Below are positions 26,630 to 37,030 of a stretch of 39,668 nucleotides of DNA, in pieces. This stretch comes from Moniliella sp. 'wahieum' (taxonomy: Eukaryota): the NCBI GenBank assembly GCA_003971905.1, contig RSEE01000076.1, positions 310,001 through 349,668 of the forward strand, given 5' to 3'. Position 1 is the stretch's first letter. Every line of letters starts with the position of its first letter. The notes beneath the pieces were generated by a model, which saw only the letters and a list, made by a program, of their open reading frames with translations, had not been told where the DNA came from and searched no databases. The translations under genes and the position numbers were made by a program.

Positions 26630-27149
26630 GGCAAGACGTGGCGGGGGTGGGGGGGGGGCGATGGTGATGGTGATGGCAGAGAGATGGAAACAGGGGTGTG
26701 TCTACGTACGAGGAAAAAGCGGCAGCGGCAAACAACATCCCGCCCTGGGCAGAGGGCAGCAGCGCGGAGAAAAGGGAGGCTGCCACCGCCTCGGCCGCAT
26801 TTGACACTGACGCCGTGCTGGGTATTTCAATCAGCCATCATTGCCGGCGCCCCGCCCGGCACGTGCCCCGCGCACGGCGCCAGTCTCCCCCCATCTCCGC
26901 CTCCTTGGACTATCAATTCCGCCCCAACCAGCCGGCCCGGCTGCGAATATCAATCATCGCGCTGTCTTCACAAGTCGCCCCTGGGGCTGGCCTATCCCAG
27001 ATTCGCCAGGAGATGGCCAGGCGGGATGCTATCTCCCCTGCAGGTTTTCTCCCGCTGCTCTCATCCAACCGACCTCAGGTCTGAGCCTGTGCTACAACGG
27101 ACATACATAGCATGAACCAACAACACCTGCTGCACACCGTGCGTGCGTA

Positions 27150-27976
27150 TCATGCCGCGTTGATCAGCTCTTGGAACTCGCCCGACTCGACCGATTCCTG
27201 GATACCATCAATCATCCCAGTTAGTATGCGCATCCGGAAGTAAGGATCAGTGTATGGAACACATACCTTGAGAATGTCCAGCCCACCAATCAACTCGCCA
27301 CCGACAATGATCTGAGGGAAGGTAGGCCAGTCGTTTAGCTTCTTCATCCCTTGCCGCACACCCTCGTCTTGCAGGATATCATAGTAATCAAACTCAACCC
27401 CCTGCTGGCGGAGAAGAGCGACCGTCTTTTGGCTAAACCCACAACGCGGGGCATCGGGGCTACCCTTCATGAAGAGGACGACCTTGCCCTTGTTCATCAA
27501 GGCCTTGCACCGCTCCTCGATCTCTTCCTCCGTCTCCTCTCGGGGCTCCTCCTCGTCCGCTGCCGGGGTGTACGCGCCTCCTGCCGACGCTGGCGTCGCA
27601 GAGGTCGAAGCAGATGCTGCCGGTCCAGCAGCGTGTTGCGCCAAGGCCTCATTCAGCGCCTGCGCGTTGGCACCGGAAATGCGGCTGAGCAACGTGTGGC
27701 CGCGAAGCAAGACATAACAAGGAACAGATTCAATGTCAAAGCTGTCGCTTACATCCGGCTGGGCCTCAGCCTCAACGTTGAGGAAGGCTACTTTCGGATA
27801 CTTGGCCGCCAGCTGGGCCACCACTTCGTTCATCGCCTTGCATGGCTCCGCCACGGGGCCCAAAAGTTGAGTAGTGTGACCCGTGACAAGTCGGCCGTCA
27901 TGATGCTGGTAAAGTGATCGGGGCCGGTAACGTCGACCGGCACGCCGGGGGTTAGAGCAGGAGCGGTGGAGGACAT
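27150..27976 (-). CDS. GRX4: Monothiol glutaredoxin with Trx and Grx domains (Grx3/Grx4; one frameshift; intron 27198-27266)
   Basis: Trx-like LLNFWAPW/AEPCKAMN; Grx domain VLFMKGSPDAPRCGFS...WPTFPQ...GGLDILK; intron GTATGT...CTAAC...CAG. Confidence 0.95.
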
Positions 27977-28189
27977 CGTAAGGGGAATCGCCCGAAGAAC
28001 GTGACACAGGGGTGAAAAAAATGCCCTGGAGGTAGTACAGGAGGTGGTAGCGGCGGGGGTAGCTGTGGCAGACCGCAACCAGTTGAAACCCGCGCGACGC
28101 TATGGGCTGACGCCATCCATTCTGTCACATTCTTTCCTCGGCGACGACCAAGACCGGCGCAGTGCGGATAACCCTACCGCTATTATTAA

Positions 28190-28208
28190 TGAGATCTGAG
28201 ATCTGAGA
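28190..28208. repeat. Heptamer array TGAGA-TC-TGAGA-TC-TGAGA
   Basis: Read directly. Confidence 0.9.
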
Positions 28209-29059
28209 GTCATGGGGTGCGTCCACGGTGACCGTCACCCCTTGCTCTCCTCGGCCTCCCCCTTATCCAGTAGCTTGGGAATTCAATATGCACCGAGGCC
28301 GCCACCAATAAGGCACAGGCTCCCAGATGTATGATCAACTGACCCACCAGACCCTCCTACAGCTTGCCTCAACCCTGAACGTGTAACTCTTGCGGAGCGG
28401 AAATTGTTTGCCGATCAAAATAATCGGATCGATGAAATAATCGATCATCGATCGATGGATCGTTTTGATCACAGTCGCATCTGGCGCTTTAACAATGCCT
28501 TGCTGATGCTATCAGCGCTTAGCCTGAGCTCTGGTGTGGGGCACAGTTGCAGTGTGTCCTGAGTTGGCCATTATTCTTCCGTGCACTGACTGATATACCA
28601 CTAGCTTGTTGCGCGTTACAAGGCTGCTACCGTTAGGCCGGCTATCCAGGCCCGAGATAAAAAACACTGCGAAAGCAACTGTTATGCTAGGGTACCCCTC
28701 TGCATCATGCTCCTCAAAAGTCGGTGTCGGAGCGGCTCACAGTTGGATGAAAGAAGCGTTCCGCTTGCAGGCTGTGCAAATCCTCTCCTCGCTGATGCAT
28801 CTCGCCCTTCTCCATCCCCTGTTGTCTCCAGCCATTCAGCATGGCCGGAAACATGTGTCTAGCTGCATTGCCTTGTCCTAGTTTGTCGGAAGGCTACGCG
28901 CCGATGAGACTCATCCAGTAGGCTCATTTGTGTTCAAGTCGTACGAGCACCCGTGCCGCCTCAGGCCGCCCCCTTCAAGATTGAAGCAACAATTCACCAC
29001 CAAAACCACTGTAAAGCAGAAAGAATTGGTATAGATTTTGGGTATACGCTCCTGCGGTA

Positions 29060-30116
29060 CTACCCATCCCATTGGCCCACCTCGACGTCACAAATCCTCT
29101 CGAAGAATTTTTCGCTCGTCGGCCCCGTTTTAACCAAATAGGGCAGCAAGGCCCAAGCCTCGTTCAGTTGTTTGCGATTCCTCTCTCCGCCCTCAGTGGA
29201 GGATTGAGGGGCATCTAGGTCTGAAAGTGACCCTAAGCTGAGAGACACAATGGTAGAGCCGGTTAGGGCGGGAGGTCCGGCCAAGGTACCAGGTTTCCGT
29301 GGAGTAAGCTGGTCCAAAGTGCTTTGTAGGTCGGCGGTGCTCACGGAATATTGGCAAGTGAGTGAGGCCATGCCACGAACTAAAACGAGTTGGCGGCCCC
29401 CGAAAGACGAATACAGTTAGTTGCATGAGCGGGGCAAGGGAAAAGATACGTACCGAAAGCGTCCATGGTCCAAGTCCCCCACATGCCTTCCTGGAATGCA
29501 AACTCAAACCCCTGTTGAGCAGAAGCATCGAGAAGCAGCTGACGTGCCCGGGTGTCAATCTTCCGCATACGCTCCACAAATGAGTGCAAAGTCAGAAGTA
29601 TTTCAAGAAGAGTGTCCAGTGCAGTCTCCCGGTCGCCAAGCGCGGTTGCTAAGTGGTGTTCCTTGGCGCGAACAAGGGAAGGGTCATTCGACTGGTGGGA
29701 GGTGCGCATCGAAGGCACCAGACGCTCCACTTCTTCATCCGCTTGGGAATACGCCGACACAGCTTTGAGCCCATCCAGGGTCAGCATCTCCTCCCATTGC
29801 TCACGCCACTTCCGATGGTCGAGTAGCAACGAGCGCAAGGTGCGGTGAAACGTAATTTCCTTGTGACGGGGAAGAAGAGCATCCTGACCGGTGGGGTAGG
29901 TTGAGGCGCTGGGCTGCCGCCGCGGGCGCCACCAGAGGAAGGAGCAGCGGGACCCAAGGCAGGTGCGCCAAACGAGGCAAGCGTGACGGGTGCAGGGGAT
30001 CCACCGCGGGCACGCGGGGAGGAACCCTTCCTCAAAGGAGATGGAGATGTGGGCGCGCTGGCTGCACCGGGGCTAAAGGAAAAGGGGCGAGGCGTGGCAG
30101 GAGAAGAGGGTGGCAT
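29060..30116 (-). CDS. Hypothetical protein, probably CINP-like (frameshifted; intron 29380-29453)
   Basis: Pro/Ser-rich N-terminus followed by a helical region (RKWREQWEEMLTLDG...). Splicing GTACGT...CTAAC...TAG joins WGTWTMDAF-VRGMASLTCQY. C-terminal WALLPYL and EVEVGQWDG*. Confidence 0.55.
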
Positions 30117-30570
30117 GGGAAGGGAGGAGGATGCCTTACCTGGACATGGCTTGTGGATGGGCCAAAAAATGGTAATGAGATCACGAGAGCACGATTCCGC
30201 CCGCAGTTCCGCTGTTTGGCAGACCTAATGGTGAAGCTGGTGAAGGCCCAACCAGAACCAGGCAGCAGTGTTGCTTGGTTTGGCCCAGCGCTGCGCGAGT
30301 TGGGCGGGCTCGACAGGCCCGGCCCCTTCCATCCATACCATATGACAAGGTTGGTATAGTCCCCCTGCTCTTTATCGCCCTGACTGGTCCACAGGAGCTC
30401 CGCTTTTAAAGCGAATATATGGGCGCAAGTCCAAGATTTTGTCTATTAGTAAGTATAGTGTTTTGATATAGTACAAAACGGTGTGTCTTTATAGGAAAGG
30501 CATTGTAGGTTTTTTTATAAGCCACACACAGTTGCGCACAACCTAAGAGCCGAAGCGTGCGAACCATTCG

Positions 30571-32889
30571 TTAGGGACGGGGCCGGAGGGATTGGTTCCA
30601 AAAGCCTCGATGAACTTGCGGGTTGGAGTGCTGGGTGGAGTTGCGATGCCGAGATGGTACGAATGGACGAGGAGGGGTACTTCCTCTTTGGCCATGCCCG
30701 ATCATGTGAGCGGGCAAGGATCCCACGGTAAATACGGTGTCGGGGCTTAACTCGGGATCGCGCTCCCAAGGGACCCGCGATGACTGGGTGGGAACATTGG
30801 GCGCGTCGGAACGCACGTCACTGATCTGTTGATTGTGGTGGGGCCATGCAAGAGGTCCCAAAAAAGAGTAAGGGTCCTCCTGTTGCATCGGATCCTGCGC
30901 TGGCCACTGTAGGTGGGCATTGACCGCCAACATGGGGACCATGCGCTCCTCCCCAATAGGAAGTGACGTCTTGGGCTGAACTGGCTCGTGGTAGCGATGG
31001 TCTCTGCGCGTTGTCTTGCGGAAACCTATACGCGAAGCGTTGCAGTTCAAAGGAATATCAATCGCCCACTGTCGGTTTTAGTAGGTCGGAGGTCGGGCTT
31101 GAGGGCTCGGTGAGCGAGACCTTGTGGGGATGGTGTAATGTTGAGGGGACGGAGCGGCTCGTTGGAAAGGGAACTTCCTCATTCACATTGACGGAGGCAT
31201 TGGGTTCGTTGAGGTGATTGGGGGATGGGATGGGAACATTGATACCTTTGGGCCGCAGGAGATCACCATCTGGCTCTTCGATATTTCCCACCCCTTCGTC
31301 ATCATCCCATTCAAATTCGATAAAGGGATCAATATCGTTCATCATGGAGAAAGAGAGTTCGTTGTCGTCTTCGTCCTGGCCAACGGAAAGCGGTTCGTCG
31401 TCATCACCACTGGAATTCCCGGAGCACCAATCATCTTCTTCCTGAACAATCTGGGGCAACGTTGTTCTCCTTCCGCTCGGGTGACTGCTGGCATCAGCGA
31501 GAAGGCTTTCAAACGTAGGCCAGCGTTGCGGCGCCTTAAACTTGAGCCCAGTTCCCATGGGAATGAAGCCAGGAGATGAACTCATGCGTGTTGTTTCGTT
31601 CCATTTTGTCAGCGTCGAACGAGTGGCTTTGGGAGGAGGGGCCCGGTTAGATAAGTTCGGTCAGTGAGATCCCATGGTTTATTAGTCGTTGTCCCTGCTC
31701 CTACTTCCCTGTTGGAGTCGATCGGAGAGGTAAGGTAAATGTTATCTGCCACAACAGTCTCTGCCACTTGCTTGGTGTGCGTATCCTTCAATGGATGAGC
31801 AGTGCCCATGGGTGTAACTCCTGTGCCATCCAGAGTAAACATGGGAGAAAGGTACGGCGCTCCTTCATAAACGCTGTCGTTCTGTTGAAGGACGTTAAAG
31901 AGGCGGGTTGGTCATGGTCCGCTTTCTCAATTGCATGAGCCCACTCGGCTTCGTACTCCGTAGCCAATTGATCCAGACGAGTTTGGAACGTAGTTGGATG
32001 TGTGAGAAATGGGCATTGACAGCGACGGATCCTTGTTGCACCACCATCTCCGGTCCAAGCCCACTGCCTGAACTGCGAGGGGCAAAGGAAAGTCGCGGCC
32101 GTAGCTCGACTGCAATCCCAGACTCCATTACGGAGGAGGGGTGTAAACGCGGGAATGTGGCGATCCCGACGTTGCTTTTTCGAGCTGGAACCACTAGTAA
32201 TAGAAGAAGGCGACAATCCACATCCTTGAAGAAAGGGGGGTATGTTCAGAGTGGGTTGGGGTACCGGGGGTAGGAGTGGGCTGCCTCGCTCAGACGAGGA
32301 AGGAGTGGGTAGAAAGGAAGTGGGCGGGATGCACACTTGGTAGATAGAGGAGTACCAACTCGACCTGCGTGCTTTCTCGATCCCTTGCCTGTTCAGAGCC
32401 GAGGAGAAGACCCAGACATTTTCGTGCCTGGCTGAAGCACATTCCCCTTCTTCGGTCTTCGCCGTGTGCGGGGCATGACGAGAGTTTTGGGCTGTGGTGT
32501 AGACATACGTTTTGCACAGCTGACATCCATGCCACATCTGCTCGGACCCTCCGAGCTGCATGCAGACTGAGGGAAAGCAAAGTGGGGAACCGCTGCACAT
32601 TAGAATGCGCAGGTGGGAGCGGAAGAAGACCGAGAACGTCAGCTTCATTCCGTTGTGTTTGTACACACCGACAAAAACTCCACCCCAGGAGAGAGGGTTG
32701 AAAATGAGAAAGAGCGCCATAACGTACCACTGACATGCTCATCATCTTGAACCGCTCAGCCCGCAAGCGATCTGCTGTTCTGGCAGCAGCATCAACGGCC
32801 AGGCCCACCAGTTTGAGTTGAATGTTGAGGCACAAGCACGACGCGCTGTGGGAAGAGTGCGTATGATCATGTCGCCACTCGGTTGTCAT
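30571..32889 (-). CDS. Hypothetical protein with N-terminal CxCLN / CxxC motifs and an acidic disordered C-terminus (frameshifted; probable intron 32593-32727)
   Basis: MTTEW...SCLCLNIQL, GCQLCKTYVY, WYSSIYQV, a helical segment FQTRLDQLATEYEAEW and acidic tracts. Intron signals GTACGT...CTAAT...CAG. Confidence 0.55.
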
Positions 32890-33539
32890 GGAGTGAGAGT
32901 CGCGAGAGAAACGGATGTGGTGGTGCAGGAGAGTGAAGGATAACTTAAGGATTATTCGAAGAGAGAATGTATAAAAGTCTTGTCAGACTGGTATACACGG
33001 TCTTCTGTCAAAGAGTTATAGTAAGTGTGGGCCGGCGAGGGGACGGAGATAGTTGAACAGTATTGTTGCATATTGCATACTTGTTTTCTCTTGCTTCTAG
33101 ACGCCCGCAGCACCTACCATGTCTTGCATGAGTCACTACCTCCTAGTCATGCAGTGCCCGCCAACAACGACAGTATCGCAGCTTAATAGAGGCCTGTGTA
33201 TTTGATCGGAGACCCGCCTATAGGGGATGGAGACATCCATTGGCATTATCGACCAACGTTGAAAGAGCACGTTGAATCGCGGTGGCAGGTACACTATTTG
33301 TCGAGTTCATCATAAGCGCTAAGCATCATTCAACGTTCATCGAGTTCATCGTTCACATCGACGTCGTTCATCGATCAACCTCTTCTCTCGCCTCCCCGCT
33401 TTCGCCCGAAGCTCGAAGGATCTCCGAGTCGTGTGGTTTGTGAGTAGCTTCATGCATCACGCCAACAACAGTGTGGGGTAGACTGGAGTAGTGCGGGAGG
33501 TCATATCAGCCAACCCTATACCTCGCTGGGAACATTATG

Positions 33540-33558
33540 CGTTACGCGTTACGCGTTA
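33540..33558. repeat. Heptamer array CGTTA-CG-CGTTA-CG-CGTTA
   Basis: Read directly. Confidence 0.9.
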
Positions 33559-34453
33559 ATACGCTTCGTGACTCTCGTATAACTTTATGATTGTGCTTTT
33601 ATCGTACTAGAGTGAAGCCGAGACGGTGGCGGGTGGCTGGGTCATGTCATGAAATATGCACCTGGGCGGTGAAGAGTTGTGGCGCCTGGACGCGTGGGGG
33701 TTGGGGGGGCAGGCAATCACCCCCCCAACCCCCCAACACTTGTGGAAGACTGAGTACTGTGATGAAGCAATTGATAAGAGACGAGGGGATAAGACGGAGG
33801 GAGATTTGTTGAGACGGACGAGACACACACAGGCCAAGAACAAGGCTGTGTGAGTTGTACCTGTCGCAAACCACTCATGCAACTCATACATCGTGTGTGC
33901 GTGGCATGTCGGTGCACCCCACCTAAAAAGGGCCGAGAATGACGAAAAGAGAGGAAGAAGAAGTGAGCCCCTGCTACCACGCACCCGCTGATAACCCTGG
34001 CACTGGAGACTATACGTTGGTTCGATTGGTAGGTAAATCACATGTCACATCTTGAGATAGGGAGAGAGGGGGGGGGGGGTTGAGCGAGGTCGAGGCAACA
34101 CGCCAACCTGCATGGGTGGGCACGATACGGGAGTGTTGGAAGAGGGTGATTAATGGTTTGGGGGGGGGGAATATAACTTTTGCTGCCCACTGCGCAAGCA
34201 GCCTCCAAAGGAAGAATCGAACACGGAGGAGAGGGCCGCATGCGCTCGCATGCCACTGCCCGCTCCATGCGAGCTCAACACAAGTATAGGCGCATGCGGC
34301 GTACAGGGCACATCCAGTGACTATAGTATCGATGATCATAGTAATAAAGCGGGAGGGGGAGGGGTGGTGGGGAGGGAATTCTGACCCAGACCCAGACCAA
34401 GGGAGCCAAGACCAAAAGGAACGTCACAGTGACGCGCCAGCTGGACTATAGCT

Positions 34454-35897
34454 TCACGTGGATCGGACGCCACGTAAGCCCAACCCGCCCAGGATTTCCT
34501 CTTCGCTCAGACCGGCCCGACGCAAGAGCAGGACCAGGTCCTTGACACTCTCCGTTTTGACCATGCTGGTCCGAACTTTGTGGTGGACGTGTTGGTGTGT
34601 ATACTGGTCCCACGCCGCCAGGTACTCCGCGACGGAGCGGGCGCCGTCGGGAGCCGGAGGCGGACTGGCGCTGCGCTGGCGCTTCTTACTGGTGGAAGAA
34701 GGTGGGGAGGAGGTTTGTTGGGTCGGGTCTTCCGACGGCAAAAAGGGAGGAGCAGAGGTGAACACGCCGTTGGTGAGGTGGTTCAAAGGATGGGAACAGG
34801 CACGTGCGAGAGGACAGGCCAACAGCGCTGCGTTTTCCGCCGCGGGGAGATCGGGAGCGCGGACGTTGTGCAGGGTCAGGTCGGCCATGGCGGACCAGGT
34901 CCATTCGGTCCGGGTTTTGGTGGTCAACTTGGCCCATTGCATGGCGCGAATGCGTCGACTGAGTTCCAACGCGCCTGCTCCGGCCGAGGAAGCCGTCACA
35001 CTGGGCGGAGGGGAAGTGGCGTCGGTGGTGGAGGACTGAGCAAAGCCAGCGGTAGGCCTTCCAGGAGGAGAAACCCTGGATAGCCCAGCTTGACCACCAA
35101 CCACACCCCCAGCTCGTCCGCCCAGGAAGCAAGTTGGCGCTGCTTCTCTTCGAGAGCAGGTGGTGGGTCCAAAAGATTTGGCGGTACATGTGCACGCGCA
35201 GTGCCATCGGTGTAATGCCTTTCATTTCCTCAATCAAACTCGAGTGGTCGGCGTCTCCACCTCCGTCTTGGCTTGGGTCGGCAACAGGGAAGGGAACCGA
35301 GTGAAGGCTGACCCAATCGTGGAGGATGGTATAGAGGTCAAATAGCTGGCCACCGGAATCGTCGGCGGGTAAGGCGGGCGAAGCGAAAGGATCGGTCGCA
35401 AGGGATGAGCCAGGATCCAAGGTATCTTGAATCGTCGAGGCAGAGACGTAGGACTCGGATTGTGCCGCAACGTGCGTCGACAGTTCGCGCCGCAAGCCAG
35501 CAATCCAGTTGGTACGGGCTATGTGGGGCGGGGCAAAGTCAGGCGCCGAAATGGAGAGGTCGAGACGAATGGGGCCGTCGGCGCTGGGATCGGGAGGGGG
35601 GTTGGCAACAACCACAAGGACAACGTGGGCGGCAGGGGGGTCGAGAAGAGAAACACTGAAGTGGGCGTGGGACAAGGCGGTAGGGCTGCTGTCCGGCGCG
35701 GAAGCAGTGGGGTCGAGGTCGGCGTGCAGGGCACTATCCCAGCGCTGGATGTCAGAGGAGGTGCCAATCCAGGTAAACTCGTCTTCGGTAAGTGCAGCGG
35801 AAAGGAGGTAGATTTCGTCTCTCAAGCCCTGCAGGGTGAGGATGCGGAGGCTCAGAGGGTCGGCAGTGGGCAGAGGGGGAGCCGGCGGAGAGGACAT
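34454..35897 (-). CDS. RWD-domain / DUF1115 protein (RWDD2-like; frameshifted)
   Basis: N-terminal LRDEIYLLSAAL resembles the first RWD helix. YRQIFWTHHLLS...WADELGVWLVVKLGYPGFLLLEG...RRIRAMQW matches the DUF1115 pattern. C-terminal TESVKDLVLLL. Confidence 0.75.
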
Positions 35898-37030
35898 GTC
35901 CTTGCAAGGGGGGGGGGGGGATAGAGCGGGGTGCGTTCAGCGTGCTCGCGTGGAGAGCGCACTGCGCCGAGTCAGGACAGGAAGAGGTGCGGTGTGGTGG
36001 GGGGGCGGCGTATTTGCGGGATACAGGGAGTGATGGCCAAACCAGGTCGCTGCAGCTGCATTGATCCCGCTTGGAGGGAGGGGGCGAGGGAGAAGGAGAA
36101 GGCAGCAGCGAAGGCGCAAGCGCAGGCAAATGCGAATGAGACGATGGGGCGGCTTTGTCGGGACGCAGACGCACTTGAGGCTCAAGCTGCACGGACGCCA
36201 GCCCAGCCGCAGGCACTCGAGCAACGCAAGACGGTCGATTGTCGAGAGACGCCAACTGGCGAAGGACGCGCGCGAGATGGAGTTTGAATTGGACCGCGAA
36301 ACTGGGGCTGCTGATGCAATTCGAAATTGCGTCACCTCGAACCGGCCTTGGGTCTTGTTTGTTTAATTTGGTGAGCGACAGGTGGAGCGAAACCTTCTGG
36401 GCAAAACGGCAGGATATACATCCACAGCGGTTTTGGAGACGCCTGCCCCGGCTCCCGTTTCTGTCAACGACAGCTACTAATCTGCCTCGCCTGCCTCTTT
36501 TCTCCATATGGACACCAATGGTGGCCAGCAAAAGACAGATGGGCCTATGAAAGACATGGATATGCAGGCATATTCTCATATCTCATTTGTTTGTTGGATG
36601 TGGTGTGGGGGGCGGGGGGGGAAGAGAGATGGAAGAGGTCTCCAGAAAGGACAGCGAAAGCCAACAGGTGGTACGTGCGCCATAGAATCCATAGGTGGGG
36701 GTAAGCAGAGGGGTACGCGGTACAGCAAGACAGAAAGTAAGGAAACGAGGAACGAGGTACTGGAAGGGAATGAAGAACACGTAGAGGATCCGAGAATCTG
36801 TGGGGAATGGAAGCTTGGAACTGGGATATAATACAACCCAACACAACACGCACAACGCAGGCATGAGTGCAGTTTCCATGAGTATCCCATATACACATAG
36901 CAATCTGACGAGCACAAAACAGGTGCATCCGTGTGAAAGCCAACAAAGCGACCTCACCCAGTGAACAGGCAAACCACAACTGGGAGAAAGTGCAAGGGCA
37001 AAGGCGCAGGGTGCAGGGTGGCAGGGGGGA

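Noticed and set aside
28560..29050. Short ORFs between GRX4 and the CINP-like gene
   Set aside because: Non-ATG starts and no recognisable homology; treated as intergenic.
31788..32720. KDZ/CxC transposase suggested by Cys clusters
   Set aside because: No catalytic transposase motifs, terminal inverted repeats or target duplication were seen.
35931..36831. Plus-strand ORFs between the RWD gene and the last gene
   Set aside because: No recognisable motif. The region is better explained as the 5' region of the RWD gene and the 3' region of the neighbouring minus-strand gene, though a small gene cannot be excluded.
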